Of a DNA stretch of 44,411 nucleotides, positions 10,658-22,648 are shown piece by piece. Below the pieces are notes generated by a model. The model saw only the letters and a list, made by a program, of their open reading frames with translations. It ran no database searches and was not told the DNA's origin. A program made the position numbers and the translations under genes. Numbering within the stretch: position 1 is the stretch's first letter; each line of letters opens with the position of its first letter. Origin of the DNA: Cirrosporium novae-zelandiae (Eukaryota); NCBI GenBank assembly GCA_026023565.1, contig JAPETS010000081.1, positions 1-44,411 on the forward strand. The letters are read 5' to 3'.

Positions 10658-12204
10658 TTTTTTTTTTTTTTTTTGTATTTGTTATTTAGTAATAATAGAA
10701 CTTAAAGATTAGTTTCGGATGGACATGAACATGGACATGGATTTAATTATGAATAAATAAATGTGGTAAGATAAGATACGAATAGCGGGATTGAAAAATT
10801 CTCGTGAATGTGAATGGTAGGTAGGTAGGTAGGTTTGTGTCTAATACCCGTTGAGCGATCGTTGTACTACTGTAAGATCTCCCCTTTGATTTATTGGTGA
10901 AAGGAATAGAGTAGCTCCTCCTAAAGACTCTCCTTGCACGACATGTCGTACTCATCACTCCCAAAGCTCCAATATACCTTAGGGTACCACTCCCCTTCCT
11001 CCTTCTCCTCCTCCTCCTCCTCCTCTTCCTCAATTACAGCTAATAGTAAATCCACAAGCATCCTCAAATAACAAAATACCCAAATACCCAAATACCCAAA
11101 TATCCCCAACTAATCTAAAAACCAACCAACCGACCAAAAAATTACCTTCCCCAGACACAAGATAGATAGATAGATTCATCCAAAGCGCGCGAGCACGAAC
11201 ATTCCAAGGAGGAGGATGGATGGATGGAGACATAATAGTAGTCGTGGGGGGGGTGGGTGTATGATAGATGATGGATGATACCAACACACACTATTATAAT
11301 AATAAAAAAGGTCATTGACAAACAACCCCCCCCCCCCCCCCTCCCCCTGGATGGATGATGGATGGATGGGGTTTAAGATGAATAGATAGGGGTCATATAT
11401 TCCCAAGCTTAGAAGGGACCGATGATCGACCTGGTGAGACAAGACATAACAACCCCTGTTTGGCAGAAGTGTTTCTCCAGGTTTTCTTTTTTTGAGGAGC
11501 GAGATGGATTCGTAATTGGATTATCCAGATACCTAGGTAGATAGAAAAAGTGATTAGCGGAAGTGTTATCTTTATACGATATATCTTATTACAGTATTTT
11601 TGTTAAAAAGATAATTAAGCCAACCCTCTTACTTAACTAGCCCACAAGGTCGTAGGATATCCACTACTTAAGTAGATACCCAGTGTTAGGATATAGGCTG
11701 TAACCTGGCTACACCGTCACAATTTTGCCACCTATACAGTTTAAAATAGGTAAAACTTCCAACGGTTCTTATATTGTTAAAACCCCTAATCTATTCAGAA
11801 AAAGTATATTAGCCTTGCCATCATTGATGTTGAGTTCCAGCAGTAGGCCAAACAAGCATGCATAGATAGAACCGAAAGGTAAGTAGTTCAGTAGTTTGTT
11901 TTGAGTCAATTACATACTCTCCTCTGTTGGACAAAAAAAGGTACTTTCATTAAAGTATGTATATATAAAGGTCCATTATGGATGGTGAATGAAACCGTGG
12001 TTAAGCCATATAAAGTTGAGCTCTTTGTAGGGCTAAACCATTATTGTGAATGAATTATAGCGTAAGGCGTAAAGGTTGTTTTTTATCCTGTTTCGAAGTA
12101 GTTCGAAGGTTTGTTGCGAGGAGGGGTGATGGAGAGGGAGAAGAGGTATATAGTGTTGATGTGAGAATGTTTGAAGCATGATGGGAGGCGGAAGATGAGG
12201 AAAG

Positions 12205-13485
12205 TCAGAGAGATGATGGTGGGGATGGAATTTCAGGAGGTGTCGAATGCTTAATTCGCAGTCCCCGAATATCCCCCAAATCCTCACTCGAAACCACAGA
12301 TTTCGAAAATGCGTCCCACTTCTCTTCAAAGACATCCCTCCATTCCTCCATTTTATCCAACCCCAAAAACACCAACGCATTCCCCGCCAACATTTCTGCC
12401 CGTTCTCGCCAACTCAAAAATTGGCTCAAGTCTTTTCCCCTGGCCAACATCTCCCCAGGTTCAGGCACTTCCCCCAGAGGAAACGGATAATCGCTCCCCA
12501 TGACAATCCTCTTACTCCCCACCTTCTTGCACAGATACTCTAATAAATCCGCATCGTGCACCAAGCTATCAACCCAAATGTTCGGCCCTTCTTTCAAATG
12601 CATTGTCGGCGTGACGCCACCTGCATTCGTGGAAACAAGATCAGGTCGGCAGTTAAATCCATGTTGAATACGTCCTAGCAGAGCGGGGAACGCGCCTCCA
12701 GCATGTGCAAAGCACAGGCGTAGCCGCGGAAACTTGAGCAGGGTTCCTGAACAGATCAGTGCGTGTAGTGCGAGGGCCGTTTCGCATGGCATGCCGATGA
12801 GCCAGGAACTCCAGTATTTCGACCAACGTGCCGAGTTTTCACTAGGGAGGCTGTACCCGAGCGGGTGGACAAATACTGGCATTGAAAGGTCCTGACAGGC
12901 TTCCCAGAGGGGATGCAGAAGAGGGTCGTCGAGATTGATATGCCCAATTGTGGTGCCAATTTCAATACCGTTGAGACCCAGAGATTTGGCGCGGCGGAGT
13001 TCGGCTATAGAGGCGGGGATGTCTTGAAGAGGGAGAGTTGCGAGACCTAAGAAGCGGGTTGGGTGTGCGGTGCAGATGGAGGCTATGTGGTTGTTTAGGT
13101 GACGAGCTAGAATCGTCACGGGCTCGGCGGGCTGATCGTAAAAGAAGAAAATTGGAATGGCGCTTAAGACTTGGACGTCGGTTCCCGAGGTTGACATTTC
13201 TGCGAGGCGGGTGGGGATGTCGAAGCAGTTCTCTTCGACAGTACGAAAGAAACGGGAGCCCTCATACATGTCTACTTTTGAGGGTTGATGGAGATTGGGC
13301 TTGAGATTGATCCAGGGGGGTTCAGGAGAGTTTGTGGGGTAAGAGGAGAGATCTGGAAGGGTAGATGGCATAATGTGCGTGTGCATGTCAATGCGGAAGA
13401 GAGAGCTGCTTTTCTTATGCCAGGTGTGATTATAGGCAGAGGTTTCACAACCTCCACAGTTGAAGCAAACGTTTAGGTCTGCCAT
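12205..13485 (-). CDS. ACMSD: 2-amino-3-carboxymuconate-6-semialdehyde decarboxylase (amidohydrolase 2 family), intronless, about 426 aa
   Basis: IDMHTHIMP (HxH), [60 protein letters not shown]. First ATG at 13485. Confidence 0.93.
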   Translation of the reverse strand: MADLNVCFNCGGCETSAYNHTWHKKSSSLFRIDMHTHIMPSTLPDLSSYPTNSPEPPWINLKPNLHQPSKVDMYEGSRFFRTVEENCFDIPTRLAEMSTSGTDVQVLSAIPIFFFYDQPAEPVTILARHLNNHIASICTAHPTRFLGLATLPLQDIPASIAELRRAKSLGLNGIEIGTTIGHINLDDPLLHPLWEACQDLSMPVFVHPLGYSLPSENSARWSKYWSSWLIGMPCETALALHALICSGTLLKFPRLRLCFAHAGGAFPALLGRIQHGFNCRPDLVSTNAGGVTPTMHLKEGPNIWVDSLVHDADLLEYLCKKVGSKRIVMGSDYPFPLGEVPEPGEMLARGKDLSQFLSWRERAEMLAGNALVFLGLDKMEEWRDVFEEKWDAFSKSVVSSEDLGDIRGLRIKHSTPPEIPSPPSSL

Positions 13486-14087
13486 TGTGGTGTTTATAGT
13501 TGAAGAAAATGAATACCAGCTCAAGATAGTACCAATAATTTATAGCAAAAATATTTTTCAATTAAACAATCTAATTATAAATTGAAGGGAAAGAACTAAG
13601 GGGACTGCCTCAATAATAACTTGACTCGACTCAACTCTGATATGATCAGTTGACAAGAATAGGAAAGTTCGATGCTCACTATGAAGGATGTAATCTTTTA
13701 TAGAAATGCAAGCCTGGACAGGACACAGGCATCTTAGACTTTTGCAGGTCCTTTTGGGGATCCTTCATCATCACTATTTGTGTCATTGATGCAGCAGAGA
13801 GGAGTTTGATGTCAAGAATGGGGGGTTTGATGTGGATGAATGTAGAAAGACGGACGGGCAAGCCGGTTATTTCGGTGTCCTTCCGTTACGCTTACCATCG
13901 GCTTCGGCATCCATGCGGCAGCCCGGAAGGATTCCAAATGACGTTGATTGAATGAACCCCACTTACATCTTTTGGAAGCCTTGGAAGCCCTCGACCCATT
14001 TACAACTATTTGCATGATAATAATAACATCACATCTTTTATCCATGGTGTTGTAGGATATCCACTACATAATTTGTCAAAAATAAAC
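13486..14087. promoter_or_regulatory. Bidirectional promoter shared by ACMSD and HAAO
   Basis: Head-to-head genes about 600 bp apart; dense CGG/CCG triplets at 13851-13926. Confidence 0.6.
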
Positions 14088-14794
14088 ATGGTTACCCCTC
14101 CATTCTCCTTTCCCAAATGGTTGGCGCAGAACTCGGACAAGCTCCAGCCTCCGGTGAATAATTTTTGTCTTTACTATGGAGAAGATTTCATTCTTATGGT
14201 AGTTGGAGGTCCTAACGAGAGAAATGATTACCATGGTGAGATACCACCACTAGATAGGCTATAGCATCTGTAAATGACTGATGGAGCGTAGTGAACGAAA
14301 CTGAAGTCTGTGATTCCAAGCTCCAAGCAAGCTAGTATATATGCCGAAGACAAAATATTAACAGTTTCCAGGAATGGTTTTATCAATACAAAGGTGACAT
14401 GGTCGTCAAGATTGTGGAGAATAATGAATTCAAAGATATTCCCATTAAAGAAGGAGAAATGTTTCTTCTTCCAGGTATGTCTCTTCAGTTTGCCTAATCC
14501 TCGAGCTGACCTTTTGCTAATTTTATGCGCTTCAAAGCCAACACTCCTCATTCCCCATGTCGATTTGCAGATACCATAGGCCTTGTGATGGAACGAAAAC
14601 GCCCCGAAGGATCTCTTGACCGAATGAGGTGGTATTGCAAGAAAGGAAATCACCCCGAGCCAACCATGATTCGGGAGGAGGTATTTCACTGTGTGGATCT
14701 AGGCATACAATTAAAGCCAATTATTCAAAAGTGGCAGAGTGACGAAGAGTCAAGGCGATGTGGGAAATGTGGTGCTATAGAAGATCCAAAATAG
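14088..14794 (+). CDS. HAAO: 3-hydroxyanthranilate 3,4-dioxygenase (BNA1-like); 4 exons (14088-14235, 14292-14305, 14372-14474, 14538-14794), 173 aa
   Basis: [16 protein letters not shown]...[28 protein letters not shown]...[28 protein letters not shown]...RWYC...FHCVDLG...RRCGKCG. Iron ligands His/Glu/His are present. Confidence 0.95.
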
Positions 14795-17605
14795 ATAGGA
14801 AGTAATTGGTTTGACAGAAGGTACTTGGAAGATGATGATGATAGTTTAGGTTAATTGTCTATGGCACTTTGTTGCTGCGGATGCTGACTCTAGCCAAGAG
14901 TGGGGAGTCTCTCGCAAGCCAAAGGTGGAGATTGATAAGATAAGCATCATATCTCTGCACCCCCCCCCTGATCTACGTCTAAATCCTATGCCGTCACCTT
15001 ATTTTATCGACACAGTACAGTACATTAGACCATCTGCTTAAGCCAATGCCAACGCCTATTTGTTTTGATAATGGATCCTGATATTTATATAATGCGCAAC
15101 CTATAGCTTTGATAACGCCTCTCTAAGCAGGTTGACTTCTTAGACAAAGAACCATAGTCGGCATACACAAAGGTTGGTCCCCAGCTTTTGACAGCTGGAT
15201 ATGATTCTAGCACCAGAGGACGTCTGCTAAATTGGATATAATGTTCTTTCCTAGTTGCTACATACATCTGAAATTAACCAAGCCAGTAGCTTTGTAGGTG
15301 GGGTAGTTCTAGGCGATAAAACTGCTGCTGCTGTTTTATTCCAGCCTGGTTTCCCTCAACACCCTGACACCAATCTCAACTTCCCCAACCCAACTCAACT
15401 AAATCCAACCGCCTTAACAATACTGTCTTAACAACAACACCATAACAACTAAATCTATATCCAAAATCCAAATCCAAATCCGAGAAATAAATAAATAACT
15501 TAAAATCAATGTAGATTGATCAAAAACTAAGAATAAGGGCAGGAATAAGATATGAAGGTATTGGTATTGATATTGGATAGTCGGTTTATTTTTTGTTTTG
15601 TTTTGTTTTGTTTTTTATGGGTGTGTAAGGATGGAGGGGTTTGTTGATTTGATTTGTTGATTTGATTTGTTGATTTGTTGATTTGTTAGTTATGAGGTAT
15701 CATGGAGTAAGGATAGAAGATGGAAAGGAAAAGGAGGGAGGTCCTGGCCACCTAGCTAGTTAATAGATATACATATACATACATTGATATTAGGGTAAAG
15801 GGAAGGGAATCCTCTCATTTCCAGTCCTATTTCCATTCTCATTCTCATTCTCATTCTCGCCACCACCACACTACTACCACACTCGAACCAACCTCCCCTT
15901 CAAAAACAGAAACAGGACGGAATAGAATCGCTTGTCTAGGGGAGGTGAATAGAATGAATGAATCGTTACTACAGTAGGTGGTTTATATGATATAGCTATA
16001 CTATTTAATTTGTTAATTCTTCAATTTTGATTTCGATATTGATATTGATATTGACTCTACTAATAGGGGATTGTGGGGTTGGTAAAGTAAGGGCTACGTG
16101 TCACGTGTGTGTGACTTCTGGGTGGAGGGGGTTGATAGCCATAGTTATGTATGGCGGGCGAGGAAGAGGTAGAGGTAGAGGTGAGGTGATCTCCTCATAG
16201 ATTCTAACTCTGGAAGAGATTTTACGATATTGATATTTTGCTTTTGCTTTTGCTTTTGCTTTTACGACGGGCCGGGGAAATAGGGGTGAAGATGAGAGAG
16301 GGACCCCCAACAGAGTCTTGTCCTTGTAGTCAAGACCCTAGTCCTTCAATCTCTGATCCCTTAGCTTATCTCCTTCTCCTCAGGTGTCAAAGTTTAGGTC
16401 CAGATCCAGCGTTCGATGTACTCTTGGTAGTTGGTAGCTGAAGTGGAAGAAAGTTCTTGAACACGAGGAAGAAGGGGGGGGTGCTTGGAATCCGGGGTCA
16501 TTACAGTGGCTATAGCGATGGAAGGTGAATAAGAGGTTCCGAAGACGCTTCGGCGACTGTGATATCGTTTTGGGTTTTCTATCTCGGAGGTGAGGGTTAT
16601 AGCACTGGTTGTGGATAGTTGGGGTTTGTTGGGATGGAGGAGGCGAGCCAGGGAGGAAGACGTCAGGAGAAGGGATAAGCTTGAGATGGGGGGAGTGTCA
16701 GATGTTAAGTGGTGCTCTGTAAGATCGTGTTCCTGGTGGACGCGGAAACATGTCGGATAGACGGGGACGGCAGCTTCGCTATGGTCGTAGAAGCTAGTTG
16801 GGTAAATGCCCGTGAAGGCTATCATATGAGACATGATAGCCAGCTCATTAGAAGGTCCAAGATAAACGATACCATAATGCTTCAAGAGACGTGTGCTGAG
16901 CTAGTCAGTAGCTTGAAAAGTAACATCATCGACGGGATAAACAAAGTTAAGCAATTTAACTTGGAGTAATTTCCTAACTATAGGTATCCGACATTCCAAT
17001 AGAGAATTAAGCGTCGGTACACGGTTACATCACAAACCTCAGAGACATATCCGCACCCGGGTTTGATATCGCTATTCATGATAGCAAACATCCACTTCAG
17101 TTAAACTAGTAAGTTAGCTCCAAACAGACTCTGACTATGCATGCATGCATGTTACTTACTGCCAATCATGTGCCAGAGGCTAACTTAGATCGTGATAAGC
17201 TTTGTAATCCAAGGCTTGATGGCGGTCGGATCTGATGGAGGTGGAAGCGGATGCTATCCGCTGCAGAATGTGATCTAAGCCTGCCAAAAAAAAACTAGGG
17301 TTGAATTTTTGATGCGGATGAGCGGAGTAGACTCTCGGGGTCGAGATACAGTTCCAATTGTGGTGATTAGACACGATAACTCCGACGTTTCCCTATTCTC
17401 TGATTTCTTGAGAGAAATGCTATATGGAACGGCAGGAAAATAGATTGAGCCAAGGAAAAATAGAAGAAATTGATGATAACGTATTTGTAATTTTTTCTGA
17501 ATAATATTGCAATGGGAACTGCAGATTCATAATAAATCTTAGCAAGCCCAAAGTAGAATCTGCGTACCTTTCTACACGTATCATAGTGCCTAGCAGCGGC
17601 AAAAT

Positions 17606-18406
17606 TCACTTCCCTTCGTCCGGTTGCTCGCCTTTCCAGAATAACCATCCGATGGATATGAAAAGTTTCAACCCTGCGGCAATCCAAAGGACCGTCGGCA
17701 TACCAGCATCACTTCTACTAATCCAACCCCCTCCGATTGCTCCAATAAGCAAGGAAACAACAGCGCCCATTCTTCTATTTCTTTTCACGTTGGCTTTCAC
17801 TCCCTGTGTCAGCTTGACATCCGAAGCAATATCATAATACACGCTAGTCAGAACCACGGTAGGTATCTCATTAAATCCAAGCAATCGACTCGCAGCCAAT
17901 TGTCCTCCAGCACCAAAAGCAAGGAATCCTAGGGGTATGAGCTCTTTGAATAAGCCGTCTTCTTGTACTGTGCTTCCACCAGTGGGGTCTGGGACATAGT
18001 TGGATTGGACAAGTGCGGCCCCAATTATGAGGCAAATTGTTTGGACGAAAAAGGAGGTGGATATGGTGCGACGTCTCCGAGGACCGTAATTGCGAGTCAT
18101 GTTTGAGAATGTAAAAGATCCGACGAGGAAAAAGGAAATGGAGATCAGTGACTTTAACCATCCAAATGGTTTGGTCAATGGTTGATTGGAAGCGCCAAGA
18201 CCCAGGAAGATGGTATTGCCTAATTTAGCTAGAGTCAGCATGTTGATCAATATTGAATGATATCAAGAGTATATACCAGTTTGCATGCTCACAAAGCAAC
18301 TCCACGCATTATACGCGCTACTATCGCAAAGACCCGATATAAAGCAATTCAAGATTAAAACAAGGTCAATGTGATTTTTATCAACCTCTTGCGTGAAGTA
18401 ATCCAT
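17606..18406 (-). CDS. DUF1275 (YoaK-like) multi-pass membrane protein; exons ~18406-18277 and 18219-17606; 5' end uncertain (frame open to 18529)
   Basis: CFISGLCDSSAYNAWSCFVSMQTG-NTIFLGLG, FLAFGAGGQLAASRLLGFNEIPTVVLTSVYYD, NVKRNRRMGAVVSLLIGAIGGG are fungal DUF1275 motifs. Intron 18276-18220 is GT-AG. Confidence 0.85.
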
Positions 18407-18805
18407 CAGACGAGAGGATTCGCCTTTGGTGATATCCTCATTTTTCTCAATGTCCTCTATCCCTAGAGCATTCGGTGTAGGTCCCTCACTGATTCGAGAA
18501 TCTCCAAAGTCCGCGATGAATATAAGCAATTGCTAAGAGGGGCAGGTTGGAGATCCGGGAAGGGAACTAGCACGCATCCAGCTTGAGAGTACCAAGGATG
18601 GGCGGCCATTTTATATCATTTGATGATAATGAAGGTGGCTAAAGGTCGGAAGGAAGAAAAAGAATTTTCTGAAGCATTAGAAAACTAGTTCTGTCGTCAT
18701 TTTTAGGGCGAATCACGAAGTTCCCTAATACTAGATGAAGCTCCATTACAGGTGAGTCTGGAATGGCTATCTGGTCCAAGCTTGTATCAAACAATGTTGT
18801 CTTCT

Positions 18806-19338
18806 CTAACATCGACTTCGCTGGTAACGTGGGCAGTCTTTGATATGTTCTGTTTGATGCACCTTAGTACCAACAATATAATCTTCCCGAGTAAAATGGA
18901 TAATACCTGAATGCATTCCTAGAGTCAGAATGAGTTTAGCTCTGGGTCGATCAGCTTCATCCTTATCCTCTGTTTCCATCCCTTGACCGTTCGGTACCTC
19001 GAAAATTGTCATTCGTTTTCTCAAGTCATAATTACCAGGGAGAACGACCTAGTGGAATTAAGACATAGGTACACAGCCTCAATCTTTACGCAATAAGGAT
19101 GGGAAAGAAAAGCGTCGGAAGAGGTGCACCACCCGCATTCTGCCCAATGGAAGGAAATTGTTGAAGTTATCTCCGCCGTAACCGCCAAATATTCCGACAG
19201 ACTTTTGCAGACGGGATGCAACACCTTCACCGGCTCTTAGATATTGAACGGCGGGTAATAGCGAACAATGTCAATGTGAAAGGGATCAAAATATTCTGAG
19301 GATGTAACTCTGTTTGGTAGATGGTCAAGATAATTCAT
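18806..19338 (-). pseudogene. Possible F-box gene relic
   Basis: MNYLDHLP, then with one frameshift TELHPQNILIPF, then after a stop VKVLHPVCKSLSEYLA. This resembles the F-box pattern LPxEL...IL...L..VCK.L. No intact frame. Confidence 0.3.
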
Positions 19339-19722
19339 TGAAATTGGAGCCTGAGGTGTCGAAATACTTGGGCTATTGTTGGTATGCATGTGGATGCGAG
19401 TGGGGTGTCATCTCATTGGTCTTCTCCGAATGGCTCTAGCAAGTATAAGGTACCCAGGTAATTTTCAACTTTTCTACTTTCCAAAGTAGACTACCAAGCT
19501 TGTTATGCCGAACTGACAGCTCGGCTAAATTCCAAATGTTTCCGGCCTTGGCAACTTTACTATCAGGACTTCTCCGCGACAACCAAGACCGGAGAGGGGT
19601 GGAATCACGACGATAATCAAAAGCGATTTGATATATATTGGCAATGATTTTTGATTTGCTTCCTATCATCAAGCCATCTCAGATTTGATTTCACCAACGA
19701 ACATCAATTATCTTATCCCAAC

Positions 19723-21408
19723 ATGGATAATTTACAGTGCTGGGACCTTGCAACCCTCGAAGCAGCCGAGGCTCATATTCAGACGCCTAAATTCCATCCC
19801 TTCCAGTTGAAGAATCTTATTGGAAATGCATTTGTCTCCCATAACAGCGCTGATTGGATAGATTCCTTCAATCCAAGAACTGGACTTTGCTTTGCCAAAA
19901 TTCCAAGTAGTTCTCCAGAAGATGTGGACAAGGCAGTAGATGCCGCAGACAAAGCTTTCAAAAGTTGGTCCAAGACCCCGCCATCCCAGCGTTCTAGGTA
20001 TCTTCAACAAATTGCCGCATTGATTCAAGAGCGACACGAAACCTTTGCTATATGGGAGAGTATCGATCAGGGAAAGCCACTGAGACGTGCAAGGGCTGAG
20101 ATTGATCGAGCCATCTTAAATTTCACGTCTGACTCCCCCGATGCACCTTTCCTTGGTTGCAGGGGTATGGAAGATCTAACAGATGAATAGATATTTTTCT
20201 ACCTTCATTCTGCACGAAGAGAGTAAAGCCCGATGGACAGATGATAATATCTTAACATATGAACATAGGTCTCCTGCTGGCGTATTTGCTCTAATCTCCC
20301 CATGGAATCTTCCTCTATATCTTTTGACTTGGAAGCTTGCTCCATGTCTAGCCTTTGGATGTACTGCTGTCGCTAAACCGAGCGAAGTTACCAGCGTGAC
20401 TGCATTTTGTAAGTGGTTTTACATCTCCCGATGAATTCAAAAAAGGAGCTGGAAGCAGCACGCTGATTATCAAAGTATTGGCAAAGGTATTTCAGGATGC
20501 TGGCCTTCCAAGTGGTGTGGTTAATATGATTTTTGGTGGTGGCCTTCCAACAGGATCTGCTTTGGTCAAACACCCATTGGTGAAAGGAATTTCCTTTACA
20601 GGGGGTACCAAGACAGGTGTCCAAATCAAACGAGATACCATTGACGATATAGGGAAGCATCTATCTCTTGAACTAGGTGGCAAAAATCCAACACTAGTCT
20701 TTGATGACGTTGACCTTGAAAAGGCTGTAGTCACAGCTGCAGAGGCTGCCTTTGCGAATCAGGGGGAGGTACGTTTCAGGCCGAGTACTCGCACAAGGTA
20801 GTGCTCTACTAACGACCTTCGTACCTTAGATCTGCCTCTGCGGATCCCGCATATACGTTCAACGAAAAATCTTCAACGATTTTTTGAAATCATACATCGC
20901 ATTTGTCAAGCAAAATTTCAAACTAGGTGGATATCTCGGCCCCGTCGTGTCGCTGCAACACTACCAAAAGATCCGGTCGTACCTATTGCTTGCCCAAAAG
21001 GAAAATGCCCACTTTCAACTCGGAGGAGTTCCACCAGAAGTACCAAAAGATGGGTACTGGATTGAACCTGTCATTCTCACAGAGGTTGGCAGGGAGAGCG
21101 CCGTGATGCAAGAAGAGATTTTCGGTCCTGTAGTCACGATCGAGCCCTTTGATACCGAGGAAGAAGCCATCGAGCTCGCAAACGGTAATCCGAACGGCCT
21201 TTCTAGTATCCTTCTTACCAAGGATGGAGCAAGAATGAGGAGAGTGGGTGAGCAAATCGATGCTGGCTTGGTATGGGTCAATTGTTTCTTGGTCCGGCAT
21301 CTTGGCGTTCCTTTTGGGGGCATGAAGAGTAGCGGAACGGCAAGAGAAGGAGGGGAATATAGTCGAGACGTTTTTACAAACTTGAGAACGTTGCACATTC
21401 CCCAATAA
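19723..21408 (+). CDS. 2-aminomuconate semialdehyde dehydrogenase (ALDH8A1-like); 4 exons (19723-20126, 20191-20408, 20476-20768, 20830-21408), 497 aa
   Basis: [48 protein letters not shown] (catalytic Glu), [12 protein letters not shown] (catalytic Cys), [27 protein letters not shown] and NQGEICLC match the ALDH8 subfamily, and the gene lies near ACMSD/HAAO. Confidence 0.9.
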
Positions 21409-22648
21409 AACCCTAGAGGGTGTATCATTTCGAGTACAGCAAGATCACAGTCGTGGGTTCTGCTATCACATTCATTTTGCTTGATGATATTCCAAACGCC
21501 ATGAGTGACCAACATAGCCCAATATCGAAGAAATTTCCAACTTTAAAATTCTCAATTCCCCCTCATTAAAGCACTTGTTTATATCCATCTAACTACATAT
21601 CTATACATTTACCAGAAAATCAAGATGCCCCCCCTTCTCTTCATTGCTGGACTCAAAATACAACATACATGCATGATGATGATAACCCCCTAATTGCCGA
21701 ACTTTTGGTCCAGAGTTATCAAAAGTCATAGTTTAAGAAATATAGTTAAAAATACAGAGGGTACGTTGACTTTACAAATAAATATTCTACTATATACACA
21801 CACACACACAAAACCTCGCTAATTAATGCTCTTCTTTCGTTCTGCAATTTTCCCCTCTTTATGGGAAAGTTTGTCAGCGAGAGCAGTTTGATAGAAAGTA
21901 AGAGGTAACATTCATTACCTGTCGCCCCATTCAGCTCATATTTACTTAATTTTCCAATATAGGCAGGCATCCTTGGTTTCTACTCATTGGACTCTGTGAT
22001 ATCACAGCGACTGCAAATTCAGCTACATAAAAGGATTAGTCAAAGTTTCTCTCCCTACATATCAATAAGACTGGTTTTACCCCATAATTTATCAGTGAAA
22101 CTGAAGCCCGCTATGGTCAGAGAGCAGATGAGAAACACACTTGCATGCACCTATTCCCAGCTATTGCCTCTGATCCGATTCTAGCAGGAATTGCTCAGAA
22201 GGTATTCCTTTGATGTGCGGGTTTAAGTAAACTAGGCGATATCTTCTTAAAACGAAGTTACGTCGATCATGACCCGGCTGAGCTAGCTTTATAGGTTCGA
22301 CATATAATCACAATGATATAACATGGCTTGACATTGGTAATGTAATACCAATGCACACGTAGGTGTATAGCTAACTAGCCAGGCAGGTGCCTACGCTTTT
22401 CATTTCATCCCTCCCCAAAGAAATGAAAAAGACAAAGTCATTATCGTTTTCTTGGATCTTGAAATGACAGACAGACAGATACAGTAGTACCAGGACCCGA
22501 AACCGTAAAAAAAACCCCCAGGCCAGCGCTGCGCAGATATTTTTTCTCTTTCCCTTCTCCCCACCCATGAGCCACCTTTCTTGCATTGCATAGCTACCTA
22601 TAAGGTATGTATATACCAAAACACCCCATGCGTACATTCATGACCTCA

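Noticed and set aside
19021..19230. RidA/2-aminomuconate deaminase candidate (VKIEAVY)
   Set aside because: Only a few residues resemble the RidA C-terminus; other family motifs are absent
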